Sequence record: NC_048071.1
From: Escherichia phage IMM-002
DNA length: 40,060 nt
Strand: one strand, 5' to 3'
Of this stretch, positions 27,354 to 37,451 are shown one piece after another. A model generated the notes under the pieces. The model saw only the letters and a list, made by a program, of their open reading frames with translations, ran no database searches and was not told the origin of the DNA. Within the stretch, counting starts at the first letter, position 1, and every line of letters starts with the position of its first letter. Both the position numbers and the translations under genes were made by a program.

Positions 27354-29636
27354 ATGGCTAGTAATATCGAATCAGCATTAGCTAACCGGACTATGGGCCG
27401 TGGTCGCGCTCCGGGTAAAGCTATCAGTCTGGACTATCAGGCTGCAAACGTACAGGGGCAGACCGGGGACTCTGGTCTTGCCAAGGCGCTCACGGACTTC
27501 GTGTCCACTGGCGCTGGCGTCTACAAGCAGTTTCAGGAGAAGGCCAAGAGTCTCGGAGACGAAAGGTCCAACGAGATTATTCGTAAGCTGACTCCTCAGC
27601 AGAGACGTGACGCCATCCATAATGGGACACTCCTGTATCAGGACGACCCGTATGCGATGGAGGCTCTGAGAGTCAAGACTGGTCGCAACGCTGCCTATGC
27701 GGTAGACGATGAGATTAACGTCAAGATTCAGAACGGTGAGTTTCGCACTCGTCAGGACATGGAGGAGTACCGCCACCAGCGACTGCAAGATGCCGCTAAG
27801 TCTTATGCGGAAGAGGCTGGGATTAACCCGGCAGATGAACACTTCCAGCGTGGATTTAACGCAGACATCACCGACCGTAACGTAGCCATCTACGGGTCGT
27901 TCAATAAGTATTTCTCTAAGCAGTCCGAGAATACCGCTATGCTGAACACCCGTGTCGAGCTGAACTCGTTCCTGAATGACGGGGACCTGATGCGGTCGCC
28001 CGAGGCTGGCAAGTCGTTCATGGCTTACATGCGTGATGGCCTGACCACTGCTGCCATCCCGTCTGACCAAAGGGCGACTGAAGTCATCACCCAGACGGTA
28101 CGTGACGCAATCCAGAAGTCCGGTGGCTCCAACTTCCTACAGCAGGTACGAAACGAACGCATCACGCTTAACGGTGTGGACGCGACAGTCGAGGAGATTG
28201 TTGGACCTGAGGTATTCAATGCTGCAATGATTGAGGCCCAAGGCACCGAGTACAAGCTGGTAGCCAAGTATCAGGAAGACTTGTCGCTTGGCGTTCAGTC
28301 TGCGATGCTTCAGGATGACCCGACCATCGGTCTGGCTCAAATCCAGAAACTCAAGGCTCAGAACAACCAGCTTCAGCCGGGTGAGGAGATGACGCCCCAA
28401 CGTCAGATGCTTATCAACGCCGAGGCCAGCCTCTTAGAGTCCGTGAAGCGTAAGTCTGCTGAACAGGCGAAGGAGAACACTAAGCTCATCCAGACGCAGA
28501 ACAAGCAACTGGTCATTGACCAAGTGTACCAGCGTCGACTGAATGGCGACAACGTGTCCACCAACTATGAGGACCTCCCGGTCTCTGAGGCTACTGGTGA
28601 GTTCAAGCGTTCGGACATGAACAACTACGCTATGGGTAAACTCCAGCAAATCGACCAGATGGACATCCCGCAAGCTGCGAAGGATGCTCAGAAGGTGGCG
28701 CTGCTGCGAGCTGACACCAATAACGGTCCGTTCCGTAACGCCTTCCAGACGCTGACTCAAGATGCTGCTGGTGAGTGGCAAGCTGCCGTCATCCGTGGTC
28801 AGTATGACCCAGACAAGATGCAGCGCTTCGAGTCTCTGCGTAAGGTCTATACTCAGGACCCTTCCAGCTTCGCGGCTCTCTACCCTGACCAAGCCTCTCT
28901 GTTCACTACTTTCGAGCAGATGGACAAGATGGGTCTGGACCCTCAGACGATGATTGACGCTGACAAACAGGCTGCAAGCCAGTCCCGTGAGATGCGCATT
29001 GAGTCTGACAAGGCGTGGCAAGAGCTGAAGAACGACTCGAAGAACAAGGACCTCTCGCGGCTCCCGACGAGTCTGGACGCAAGTGCTCGTAAGGTCTGGG
29101 ACTCATGGTATTACCGTACAGGTAACGCTGATGCGGCGACCCAGAACACCCAGAAGTGGCTGAACGAGAACACCGTGACTTTCAGTGACGAAGGTCAGGA
29201 CGGTAAGTCCATCGGCATGGTGTCCAAACATCAACTTATGGTAGGGGATAACCCTGAGTCATGGCAGGTGGGTCGAGACATTATCGACACCGCTCGTCAA
29301 CAGCTCATCAAGACTAACCCTTGGGTCGTGAACTCTCAGCTCTCCGTAGTTGAGCAGAACGGCTCGGTCTTCCTTCAGGACGCTACCGGGACTATTCGTA
29401 TTCGATACGATAAAGAGCTGGTAGGCAAACTGTACCGTGAACAGCAGAAGCAAGCCGAGGATAAAGCCTACGCTGAGGCCGAACGTAAAGCCAACACCCG
29501 CGCTCGCATTGTCGAGACTAAAGCGGCTGGCGATAAGCGTCGTAACGAGCGTGAAGCTAATATCCAGAAACGGGGCGGTATGTACAAAGACGTATCGCTG
29601 GAGGGTATCGCAAACACCTTAATCGGTAAGGAGTAA
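27354..29636 (+). CDS. 15: Internal virion protein B (core protein)
   Basis: 760 aa; DERSNEIIRKLTPQQRRDAIHNGTLLYQDDPYAMEALRVKTGRNAAY almost identical to the T7 gp15 N-terminal region. Confidence 0.95.
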   Translation: MASNIESALANRTMGRGRAPGKAISLDYQAANVQGQTGDSGLAKALTDFVSTGAGVYKQFQEKAKSLGDERSNEIIRKLTPQQRRDAIHNGTLLYQDDPYAMEALRVKTGRNAAYAVDDEINVKIQNGEFRTRQDMEEYRHQRLQDAAKSYAEEAGINPADEHFQRGFNADITDRNVAIYGSFNKYFSKQSENTAMLNTRVELNSFLNDGDLMRSPEAGKSFMAYMRDGLTTAAIPSDQRATEVITQTVRDAIQKSGGSNFLQQVRNERITLNGVDATVEEIVGPEVFNAAMIEAQGTEYKLVAKYQEDLSLGVQSAMLQDDPTIGLAQIQKLKAQNNQLQPGEEMTPQRQMLINAEASLLESVKRKSAEQAKENTKLIQTQNKQLVIDQVYQRRLNGDNVSTNYEDLPVSEATGEFKRSDMNNYAMGKLQQIDQMDIPQAAKDAQKVALLRADTNNGPFRNAFQTLTQDAAGEWQAAVIRGQYDPDKMQRFESLRKVYTQDPSSFAALYPDQASLFTTFEQMDKMGLDPQTMIDADKQAASQSREMRIESDKAWQELKNDSKNKDLSRLPTSLDASARKVWDSWYYRTGNADAATQNTQKWLNENTVTFSDEGQDGKSIGMVSKHQLMVGDNPESWQVGRDIIDTARQQLIKTNPWVVNSQLSVVEQNGSVFLQDATGTIRIRYDKELVGKLYREQQKQAEDKAYAEAERKANTRARIVETKAAGDKRRNEREANIQKRGGMYKDVSLEGIANTLIGKE

Positions 29637-29641
29637 TAACA

Positions 29642-32600
29642 ATGGCGACTCGTGGTATTCGCAACAATAACATCGGGAACATTCGTGTTTCCAAAGACCA
29701 GTGGGAAGGAGCTACAGGAGACGATGGGTCTTTCGTAACGTTCGACACTCCTGACTCTGGTGTCCGTGCTCTGGCGAAGAACCTGATGTCCTACGGTCGC
29801 CAAGGTTATGACTCAATCGAGAAGATTATCACTCGTTGGGCACCTCCTAGTGAGAACGACACCCAGTCCTACATTCAGTCCGTGGCTTCGGCTACGGGCA
29901 TCCCGGCTACTCAAAGTCTCGACCTGACGGACCCGGACGTCCTCGCCTCTCTGTCTGAGGCTATCGGCTACCATGAGACTGGCTCCCGCTACGATAAGTC
30001 TGTCTACCAGACTGGCGTGGGCCGTGCTCTTGGGAACGGTATTACCCCAAAGTCTCCACCAGTAAGCGCTAACGTCTTCGACGCTCTCACGGAGGGCTTG
30101 AAGGCGAAACCTAAAGTCGCTCTGGGAGAGAACCTTCCGGGCGTTACTGGTCTGAACATCGAAGGTCAAGAACCTGAGGCTCCCAATGAGTCTTTCGGAG
30201 AGATGTTCTATAAGTCAACTGGCGAGACGCTGGACCAACGGGCTGACCGCTCTACGTGGTTCGGCTTCGGTGGAGCTGCTGAGGCTGAAGTGAATAACTC
30301 TATGGTCGGCGTGGCTATCCGCGCTGGTCAGACCGAGGACTCACTGGATGTCATTGGCGACGTATTCAACCCGACCCGCTGGAACAACCACAAGTGGTCC
30401 CGCGAGGAGTTAGACCAGATTCGTAACGCTGGGGTCCTGCCTCAGTATTACGGAGTCATCACTGGTGGTTCACCTCAGAACCTGACCGAGCTGATTAACT
30501 TGGCGCTGGAGAACCAGAAGTTAGACGCTGAGAAGGCTAAGGCCGGGACTGGCGCTCAACTGGCGGCTGGTGTGATTGGTGCTGGTGTGGACCCTCTGAC
30601 CTACGTTCCTATCGCTGGACAGGTAGGCAAGGGCGGTAAGCTCATCAACAAGATGTTCACCGTGGCTGCTCAGTCTGGTGCGCTTGCTGGGGCCTCCGAG
30701 CTGGCTCGTACTTCCGTTGCTGGTGGCGATGCTCATGTGGCTGAGGCTATTATGGGCGGTGCTCTCTTCGGTGGCGGGATGACTGCTATCGGGGACGCTA
30801 TCGGCAAGGCCCTCGGTAAGTCGACCAATGAGTTCGCTGGTCCAGCTACCCGTCTGGAGGCCCGTGAGACTGCCCGTAACGTCGATGGTCAGGACCTGTC
30901 CCGTCTGCCAATCCGCGAAGGGGAGGAGACCTTCAGTCACCAAGGCGTTAAGTTCGCTGACGTGCCGAATGAGCCGGGAAGTGTTCGACTGGAAGACGGT
31001 TCAATCCTGATTGGTGAGAATCCTCTGAACCCTAAGACACGTCAAGTCTTCGACGAGGTGATTGAGCCTGAACGTGCGGCTGCTGGTGTCAACCTTGGTG
31101 GTCTCACCGAGATTGGCCTGAAGCTCCTGAGGTCTGAGAACCCTGAGATTCGCGGACTTGCCGCTGACTTGGTGCGCTCACCTACAGGTATGCAGTCAGG
31201 TGCGAGCGGTAAGATTGGTACTACAGCGTCAGACGTATTCGAGAGACTTCGTGCAGTGGACCATCGGTTCTACAACGACATCGACGATGCGGTGACTCAG
31301 GCCCTGAAGGACCCGTACTTCCAGACCAACTTTAACCGTGACACTGGCGCATTCCGTCAGGACATCTACCAGCGTGTAGCTCTGGCGATTGAAGATGGAA
31401 GTGGAAACCTGAAGGCTGAGCTGACTCCGGGTGAACTTAAGGTCTATGGCCTGCTGAAGAACCAGTTCGACGCTAAGCGTGAGATGATGGAGAACCCGGC
31501 GATGTTCGGTCGAGTGGACGCTCAGTCTATCTTCCCCGGTAGCCGCTTCAAGGGTACTTACGTGCCTCACGTCTACAGCAACCAGATGAAGCAACTGTTC
31601 ATCAACGAGCTGGGAAGCCCTGAGGCTCTACAGGAGGCCATCAAGAAGTCGTGGCTCACGAGCTATGCTTCCAGACCTGAGGTCAAGGCTCGCGTCGATG
31701 AGGCCCTGCTGGAGGCTAACCCGAACCTGAAGCCTGAGGAACTTGCGGCTGCGGTCGATAAGTATGCCAACGACAAGGCTTACGGTATCTCTCACACCGA
31801 CCTGTTTGAACGCTCGTCTGTCATGGAGGAGAACATCAACGGTCTGGTGGGTCTGGAGAACAACAACTTCCTTGAGGCCCGTAACCTGTTCGATAGCGAT
31901 ATGTCTATCATCCTGCCTAATGGTCAGCCGTTCAACGTGAACAGCCTCCGTGAGTGGGACATGGACAAGATTGTCCCGGCGTACAACCGTCGAGTCAATG
32001 GCGATATTGCTATAATGGCTGGGACCGGGAAGACCACTAAGGAGATGAAGGACACTGTAGAGACCATGATGAACCGTGCTGGCGATGACGGTAAGCTGAA
32101 AGGCGAAGTGGCGACTCTGCGTGATACCCTGAAGATTCTGACTGGTCGTGCTCGACGCGATGGTGCTGACGATGCGGCTTTCTCTACCGTGATGCGGACC
32201 ATGACAGACCTGTCCTTCTTCGCCAAGAATGCCTACATGGGCGTACAGAACTTGACGGAGATTGGCGGGATGCTGGCCCGTGGTAACGTCCGTGCGATGC
32301 TGCATGGTATTCCGATGTTCCGTGACCTCGCCTTCAGAAACAAGAAGATGGGAGCCTCGGAGATTAAGGACCTGCACAACGTGGTCTTCGGTAAGGAGCT
32401 TGACGACTCAATCCGCCCGTCCAAACAGGATGTCATCGACCGTCTGCGAGCGTACAGTGACCTGAGTAAACCTGTAGCTACTGCTTTAGGTTCTGCCAAG
32501 TATTACACTGGTGAACTTGCGGTCCGCTCTCCGTTTACGAAAGTCCTGAACGGGACGACGAACTACCTGTTAGACGCCGGACGTCAAGGCTTCTTGTCTG

Positions 32601-33532
32601 ACATCGTGGAACATAGTCTGACTGGCAGTAAGCGTAAGTTCGATGACCGTTGGTTGAAGACTGCTGGTATCTCCGCTGACCAGTGGAAGGGCATTAAGTC
32701 CCTCATCCGTGAGTCGGTGACTCGTGGTCCAGACGGGAAGTACACCATCAAGGACAAGAAGGCGTTCAGTCAGGACCCAAGGGCTATGGACCTCTGGCGT
32801 ATGGGTGACACCATCGCTGATGAGACCCTGCTTCGTCCGCACAAGCTGAGCAACATGGACGCCAAGGCTTATGGTCCGCTGGCGAAGACTGTCTTGCAGT
32901 TTAAGAACTTCGTCATCAAGTCCATCAACGGTCGAACCATGCGTACCTTCTACAACGCCACCAAGAACAACCGAGCTATGGATGCTGCACTATCAACGGT
33001 TATGTCTATGGGTCTGGCTGGGATGTACTACATGGCTCAGGCGCACATCAAGGCTTACGCTATGCAGGACGGTCGTGACCGTGAGTACCTGAAGCAAGCC
33101 TTGAACCCGACGATGATTGGTTATGCTGCTCTATCCCGTAGCTCCCACTTGGGTGGACCTCTTGGGGTCGCCAACATTCTGGGTGGTATCGCTGGGTATG
33201 AGGACACTAAGTTACTCCGCTCGTCTATCCTTCCGCGCTCACCTACCGAGAAGCCTGAACGTGCCATTACCTATGGTGCTGCGAAGAGTGACCCGGTGAT
33301 GAATGTGGTCGGCAACTTCCTTGAGCAGGTCCCGGCTTTCGGTTATGCTGCTAACGTTGGCGCTTCGGCTTACAACTTGGCTGGCTACCTGAAGTCCGAC
33401 ACCCGTGTGAACGAACGAGACTACATGACCGGGATGTATAACACCTTCCGTGAGCTGGTCCCGAACGACCCTATCACCCAGAAGCTGCTGTTAGGCACCT
33501 TTGAGGAGCAAGGTATTCACATCAAGAACTAA
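29642..33532 (+). CDS. 16: Internal virion protein C/D-like (ejectosome core), with non-T7 N-terminal domain
   Basis: 1296 aa; from about residue 200 collinear with T7 gp16 (TWFGF..AAEAE, TRWN, GAGVDPL, RLEARETARN, RSPTGMQSGASGK, MENPAMFG, KGTYVPHVY, SRPEVKARVDE, DKAYGISH, NFLEARNLFDSD, YNRRVNGDIAIMAG, LRPHK, NNRAMDAALS); first about 130 aa unrelated to the T7 SLT domain. Confidence 0.93.
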   Translation: MATRGIRNNNIGNIRVSKDQWEGATGDDGSFVTFDTPDSGVRALAKNLMSYGRQGYDSIEKIITRWAPPSENDTQSYIQSVASATGIPATQSLDLTDPDVLASLSEAIGYHETGSRYDKSVYQTGVGRALGNGITPKSPPVSANVFDALTEGLKAKPKVALGENLPGVTGLNIEGQEPEAPNESFGEMFYKSTGETLDQRADRSTWFGFGGAAEAEVNNSMVGVAIRAGQTEDSLDVIGDVFNPTRWNNHKWSREELDQIRNAGVLPQYYGVITGGSPQNLTELINLALENQKLDAEKAKAGTGAQLAAGVIGAGVDPLTYVPIAGQVGKGGKLINKMFTVAAQSGALAGASELARTSVAGGDAHVAEAIMGGALFGGGMTAIGDAIGKALGKSTNEFAGPATRLEARETARNVDGQDLSRLPIREGEETFSHQGVKFADVPNEPGSVRLEDGSILIGENPLNPKTRQVFDEVIEPERAAAGVNLGGLTEIGLKLLRSENPEIRGLAADLVRSPTGMQSGASGKIGTTASDVFERLRAVDHRFYNDIDDAVTQALKDPYFQTNFNRDTGAFRQDIYQRVALAIEDGSGNLKAELTPGELKVYGLLKNQFDAKREMMENPAMFGRVDAQSIFPGSRFKGTYVPHVYSNQMKQLFINELGSPEALQEAIKKSWLTSYASRPEVKARVDEALLEANPNLKPEELAAAVDKYANDKAYGISHTDLFERSSVMEENINGLVGLENNNFLEARNLFDSDMSIILPNGQPFNVNSLREWDMDKIVPAYNRRVNGDIAIMAGTGKTTKEMKDTVETMMNRAGDDGKLKGEVATLRDTLKILTGRARRDGADDAAFSTVMRTMTDLSFFAKNAYMGVQNLTEIGGMLARGNVRAMLHGIPMFRDLAFRNKKMGASEIKDLHNVVFGKELDDSIRPSKQDVIDRLRAYSDLSKPVATALGSAKYYTGELAVRSPFTKVLNGTTNYLLDAGRQGFLSDIVEHSLTGSKRKFDDRWLKTAGISADQWKGIKSLIRESVTRGPDGKYTIKDKKAFSQDPRAMDLWRMGDTIADETLLRPHKLSNMDAKAYGPLAKTVLQFKNFVIKSINGRTMRTFYNATKNNRAMDAALSTVMSMGLAGMYYMAQAHIKAYAMQDGRDREYLKQALNPTMIGYAALSRSSHLGGPLGVANILGGIAGYEDTKLLRSSILPRSPTEKPERAITYGAAKSDPVMNVVGNFLEQVPAFGYAANVGASAYNLAGYLKSDTRVNERDYMTGMYNTFRELVPNDPITQKLLLGTFEEQGIHIKN

Positions 33533-33550
33533 ACTATCACTATAGGAACG
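33528..33550 (+). promoter_or_regulatory. Phage RNAP promoter (phi17-equivalent)
   Basis: AACTAAACTATCACTATAGGAACG, +1 about 33545; followed by GGAG-gcttcggt-CTCC hairpin. Confidence 0.85.
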
Positions 33551-33591
33551 GAGGCTTCGGTCTCCACCTATTTTGAATAACAGGAGGTATA

Positions 33592-36390
33592 ATGGCTAAA
33601 ACAACTATCACTCAGTTCCCTGCTGGTCAATCGCAGTATCGAATTGAGTTCGACTATCTGGCTCGACCTTTCGTCGTCGTAACGTTGGTGAACTCCGCCG
33701 ACCAGACGCAGAACAGGGTGCTGAGGGCTGGAGCTGACTATAGGTTCCTGAACCCCACCTTAATCGAGGTTATGATTCCACAGACAGGTTTCGATACCTT
33801 GCAAATTCACCGTCAGACGGACACCGAGCTGATTGTTGGTTTCAGGGACGGCTCAGTTCTTACAGCTAAGGACTTGACAAATGCAGAGCTTCAGGCCATT
33901 CACATCTCGGAAGAGGGTAGGGACCAGACTGTAGACTTAGCGAAGGAATACGCTGACGCTGCCGCCAAAGCGCGAAACGATGCCGAAGACGCCCGTGATA
34001 GCATCGAGCAGGTCATGAAGTCTGGACTGTACGGATACACTCTGGTTGAGGACTTCCAAAAAGGTGCCACATTGTCTCACCCGGCTGAGGCACTTCGCTG
34101 GACACTGCCTGATGGGACGGGAGAATACTACCGCTGGGACGGTGTGTTTCCAAAGGTGGTTCCAGCAGGGTCAACGCCCACATCAGCTGGAGGGGTCGGA
34201 GTTGGTGCTTGGGTATCTATTGGTGACGCATCTCTTCGAGGAAACCTAGCTAACCCAGCCTACGGTGACGGCCTTGTTGCTTCGCAGCTTCCTAACTCCC
34301 CGGTGGCTAGAACAGTCCATGATAAAATGCTAGAAGCTGTGAGCATTGCGGACTATATGGTTGGCGGTGATGTGGCTGGTGCGATAATTGGTGCCCTGTC
34401 CTCCACTGCTGGTCGGGTTAGTGTTCCTGCCGGGAATCACATAGCCACACCTTCCGCAGCGCAAGTGGCTGGCGTACTCTCTGCCCTAAGTAGGCTGAAC
34501 ATTAACGGGTCCTTAACGATTCGTCTCCCTAAGGGAAGGGTTAATCTATCCTCTCCGGTATTGGTGGAGCTGGACGGAGGGAATAACCTAAGCATTGAAG
34601 GACAGCCTAACGTCCCAGTAACCATTACAGGACAAGCGTCTGTCTCTGGGTCTGCTGGAAACTACCAAGTAACCCTTAACGTGTCCTCGACAGCCGGGGT
34701 CTCTGTGGGTGACTTCCTGCATACCAACCAAGCTACAGGCACAGGAGCATGCGACCTTCATCGCGGTGTTTGGGAGATTACCGCTGTTGGGGCAGGGTCT
34801 CTGACTGTCAGGAATACGTGCCAGCTCTCATCCTTCCCGGCTAACACCATAACCTCCAGCTCTAGCCGAGTGCTGACCTCAGTGCTCATGTTTGACCGCT
34901 GCGATGGGTTCATAGTGCCGTCCTCTGAAGTTGGTAACATGAGTAACTTTGTTATCGCAGGTAACTCAGACTCATACTGGAGGGCCTCGGCTGTGGGGAC
35001 TACCGAGCTGGGGACTCATGGTCTGGCTGTAGGCTCAAACACTGTAGCCGTGAACGGTAAGTCAGATAACGTTAACCCTCAAGGTAAGACGGGCGGTAGC
35101 GTGACTTTCGGTCAATACATGGGCGTCTCCGGGTTTGACCAGCAGGGCATTGTTACCGAGCTTGGTGGTAGCTTCTGGGGCGACTTTACTTGCTGCTGTA
35201 ACAACAAGAGACGCGGGTTCTACTCGTCAACTGCATCTGGCATTCGTGCTAAGCAGATTACGGCCAATGGTAACTATCTTGATGGGGTTATTGCGGATAT
35301 TGGCGGAGACATCTACTCGAGCTCTTCTAGCTGCGCCGCAGGTAACGGGTCCTCAGGCATAAGCGCTGCCCATAACGGTTCTGTGATATGGGACGCAGGC
35401 AAGGCCAGCTACAATAAGCTGAATGGTGCCAATGGGGTGGCGGGGGGCTTCCTACAGATGACTGGCTCAACGATGCAGGGTAACTTGGCCACTGGCGCTA
35501 ACCTAGCCTATGGTGCCATCCTCTACTGCGACAACTCCCAGATATCTTTAAACGGAACCTATGGCATTAACTGTCAGCTGGGCTCGGTTGTTCGTGGTCC
35601 TAACTGCACGTATATAGGGAATAACAACCAAGGCATTAGAGGCTCTTACAATGCGACCGTAACCTTTACAGGCTCTACATTCTCTGGTAACTCTGGCGGG
35701 GACTTCCTCTTTACCGCTATGTCTCTTGGCATCTTCGGGAACACTAATTACGGTGGGGATATTGTTGCCACGGACATTAAGTTAGTGAACCAGTCAACTG
35801 GCAAAGGTGTCCGTCTTACTGGGACCTCTGGTGGGGATAACATTGTTATGTCCTATGATGTCACGGGTAATGGGTCCTTTGTCGAGGGTTATAACTTCAG
35901 GTCTGGTGACGTTGGTATCTACCCATCGGATGATGCGGTTCGCAATATTGGACGACCAGCAAACAGGTTTAACATCGGCTTCTTTGCGGGAGGAACACAG
36001 TCTACGTCAGACGCTAGGCTTAAGGACCCTATCAGGGACTTTTCTGAGGCAGAACTCAAGGCGGCTGTCGCCTGTAGTAAATCCTTAGGATTCTGGACTT
36101 GGCTGGACGACGACAGCAAGCGCCTTCATGCAGGGACTACTGTTCAAAGAGTTCTAGAAATCCTAGAGGATAACGGGCTGGATTGGCGTGAGTATGGGTT
36201 CATCGGGTTTGACTCGTGGGAAGATGAGTATAAACCTGTCGTTGCGGAGATTGATGGTATGGAATACGAGACTGGCGAGGTTGTCAAGGTGGTTGAGGCA
36301 GGGTCACTGTGGCAGCTGCGTGACCAAGAGTTTGACAGATTCCTAATCCGTGGACTCTCCGCCCGACTCTCGGCTATCGAGAAGGACTGA
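33592..36390 (+). CDS. 17: Tail fibre / tailspike: T7 gp17-like N-terminal adaptor, Gly/Asn/Ser-rich beta-helix-like central domain, C-terminal intramolecular chaperone (peptidase S74-type) domain
   Basis: 932 aa; N-terminal about 150 aa resemble T7 gp17 ([33 protein letters not shown]); C-terminal [14 protein letters not shown]... fits the SDxRxK autoproteolytic chaperone motif of endosialidase-type fibres; codon usage distinct from rest of genome. Confidence 0.9.
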   Translation: MAKTTITQFPAGQSQYRIEFDYLARPFVVVTLVNSADQTQNRVLRAGADYRFLNPTLIEVMIPQTGFDTLQIHRQTDTELIVGFRDGSVLTAKDLTNAELQAIHISEEGRDQTVDLAKEYADAAAKARNDAEDARDSIEQVMKSGLYGYTLVEDFQKGATLSHPAEALRWTLPDGTGEYYRWDGVFPKVVPAGSTPTSAGGVGVGAWVSIGDASLRGNLANPAYGDGLVASQLPNSPVARTVHDKMLEAVSIADYMVGGDVAGAIIGALSSTAGRVSVPAGNHIATPSAAQVAGVLSALSRLNINGSLTIRLPKGRVNLSSPVLVELDGGNNLSIEGQPNVPVTITGQASVSGSAGNYQVTLNVSSTAGVSVGDFLHTNQATGTGACDLHRGVWEITAVGAGSLTVRNTCQLSSFPANTITSSSSRVLTSVLMFDRCDGFIVPSSEVGNMSNFVIAGNSDSYWRASAVGTTELGTHGLAVGSNTVAVNGKSDNVNPQGKTGGSVTFGQYMGVSGFDQQGIVTELGGSFWGDFTCCCNNKRRGFYSSTASGIRAKQITANGNYLDGVIADIGGDIYSSSSSCAAGNGSSGISAAHNGSVIWDAGKASYNKLNGANGVAGGFLQMTGSTMQGNLATGANLAYGAILYCDNSQISLNGTYGINCQLGSVVRGPNCTYIGNNNQGIRGSYNATVTFTGSTFSGNSGGDFLFTAMSLGIFGNTNYGGDIVATDIKLVNQSTGKGVRLTGTSGGDNIVMSYDVTGNGSFVEGYNFRSGDVGIYPSDDAVRNIGRPANRFNIGFFAGGTQSTSDARLKDPIRDFSEAELKAAVACSKSLGFWTWLDDDSKRLHAGTTVQRVLEILEDNGLDWREYGFIGFDSWEDEYKPVVAEIDGMEYETGEVVKVVEAGSLWQLRDQEFDRFLIRGLSARLSAIEKD
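36007..36387 (+). other. Predicted intramolecular chaperone / autoproteolysis domain within the tail fibre (cleavage expected at Ser806)
   Basis: SDARLKDPI motif beginning at codon 806 of the fibre ORF. Confidence 0.6.
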
Positions 36391-36444
36391 CCAGTCGCTT
36401 AACAACTTTGGGTCAAGGACGGCCCGTTTAACAATGGAGGTAGT

Positions 36445-36639
36445 ATGATTGAGTTCGACTTCAAGAATGAGGTCCTCAAAGCCTCGCCTATCGTCGGGAC
36501 CGCTGCGGCTGATGGTGCCAGTCGGTTCTTCTTTGGGTTAACGCTCAACGAATGGTTCTACGTCGCTGCTATCGCGTACACCGTGGTGCAGATTGGCGTC
36601 CTAATTTACAAGACGATTAAGAGCGGAGGTAAGACATGA
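36445..36639 (+). CDS. 17.5: Class II holin
   Basis: 64 aa; KASPIVGTAAADGASRFFFGLTLNEWFYVAAIAYTVVQIG nearly identical to T7 gp17.5. Confidence 0.9.
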   Translation: MIEFDFKNEVLKASPIVGTAAADGASRFFFGLTLNEWFYVAAIAYTVVQIGVLIYKTIKSGGKT

Positions 36640-36899
36640 CGCAGATGGACTTAGAGAAGTTCCTGTTAATGCTGGACACTGAACGTGCTCGACTCATGCT
36701 GCAAGACCTGCGGGATGACTCTAAGCGCTCGCCCCAGCTTTACAACGCCATCGAGAAGCTGTTGGCCCGTCACAACTTTGTGTTGAGCAAGGTGTCGGTG
36801 GACGAGAAGCAGTTGGCTGACATGGAGGCTCTGAACAGAGAGTACGACAAGGTGCTATCAGCTGCCGAAGATAATGACACCGGGTATGGTGTCCAATAA
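36636..36899 (+). CDS. 18: Terminase small subunit
   Basis: 87 aa; FLLMLDTERARLMLQDL, RSPQLYNAIEKLLARHNF match T7 gp18. Confidence 0.9.
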   Translation: MTQMDLEKFLLMLDTERARLMLQDLRDDSKRSPQLYNAIEKLLARHNFVLSKVSVDEKQLADMEALNREYDKVLSAAEDNDTGYGVQ

Positions 36900-36902
36900 G
36901 TG

Positions 36903-36950
36903 TTAGACTCAAGGTCATCTACTACATATAGTGGGTGGCCTTTATGATTA
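36903..36950 (+). promoter_or_regulatory. Conserved stem-loop, candidate RNase III site (R18.5-equivalent)
   Basis: TAGACTCAAGGTCAT-CTACTACATATAGTGGGTGG-CCTTTATGATTAA; same flanking boxes as 6946 and 14035. Confidence 0.5.
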
Positions 36951-37001
36951 ACACTATGCGAGATGCGCTCTCGTGAAATCTGAGAAACAAGGAGGGCAAC
37001 T

Positions 37002-37451
37002 ATGCTCAAACTTTTACGACAGGCCGTCCCTTGGCTGGTGGCAGGACTCCTGTTCTGTTCTGGCTACTGGGTGGCAGACAATAAGTGGGAGGCGAAGGTA
37101 AACAATGAGTACATCACGAAACTTGAAGCAACTGAGCAGTCGAGGCGTTCAGTGCAGTCCGAAGTCAACAAAGTCTCAGCCGAGTGGCAGGACAAGATGT
37201 CCGAGCTGGAAGGCTCTACTGATAGGGTTATTGCTGACCTTAACCGCGATAACAAGCGGCTGCGCGTCAAAGTCAACACCACAGGTATCACCGAGTCAGA
37301 TTACAGTCGATGCTTCCCTGATGGTCGAGTCGAACTACACCCAGAGACTTCTAAAAGTCTTATCCGAATAACGCAGGAAGCAGACCTTAAGGAGAAAGCC
37401 CTTCAGGATACCATACGTAAGCTTCAGCAAGAGAAGGAGGCGAAACCTTGA
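37002..37451 (+). CDS. 18.5: Rz-like i-spanin
   Basis: 149 aa; N-terminal TM ([13 protein letters not shown]), [27 protein letters not shown] and QDTIRKLQ match T7 gp18.5. Confidence 0.9.
   Translation: MLKLLRQAVPWLVAGLLFCSGYWVADNKWEAKVNNEYITKLEATEQSRRSVQSEVNKVSAEWQDKMSELEGSTDRVIADLNRDNKRLRVKVNTTGITESDYSRCFPDGRVELHPETSKSLIRITQEADLKEKALQDTIRKLQQEKEAKP
37105..37371 (+). CDS. 18.7: Rz1-like o-spanin lipoprotein, embedded in +1 frame within 18.5
   Basis: 88 aa; lipobox-like AITSGC, Pro-rich; aligns with T7 gp18.7 (ISGCAS...VDSSLMVEPN). Confidence 0.85.
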   Translation: MSTSRNLKQLSSRGVQCSPKSTKSQPSGRTRCPSWKALLIGLLLTLTAITSGCASKSTPQVSPSQITVDASLMVESNYTQRLLKVLSE

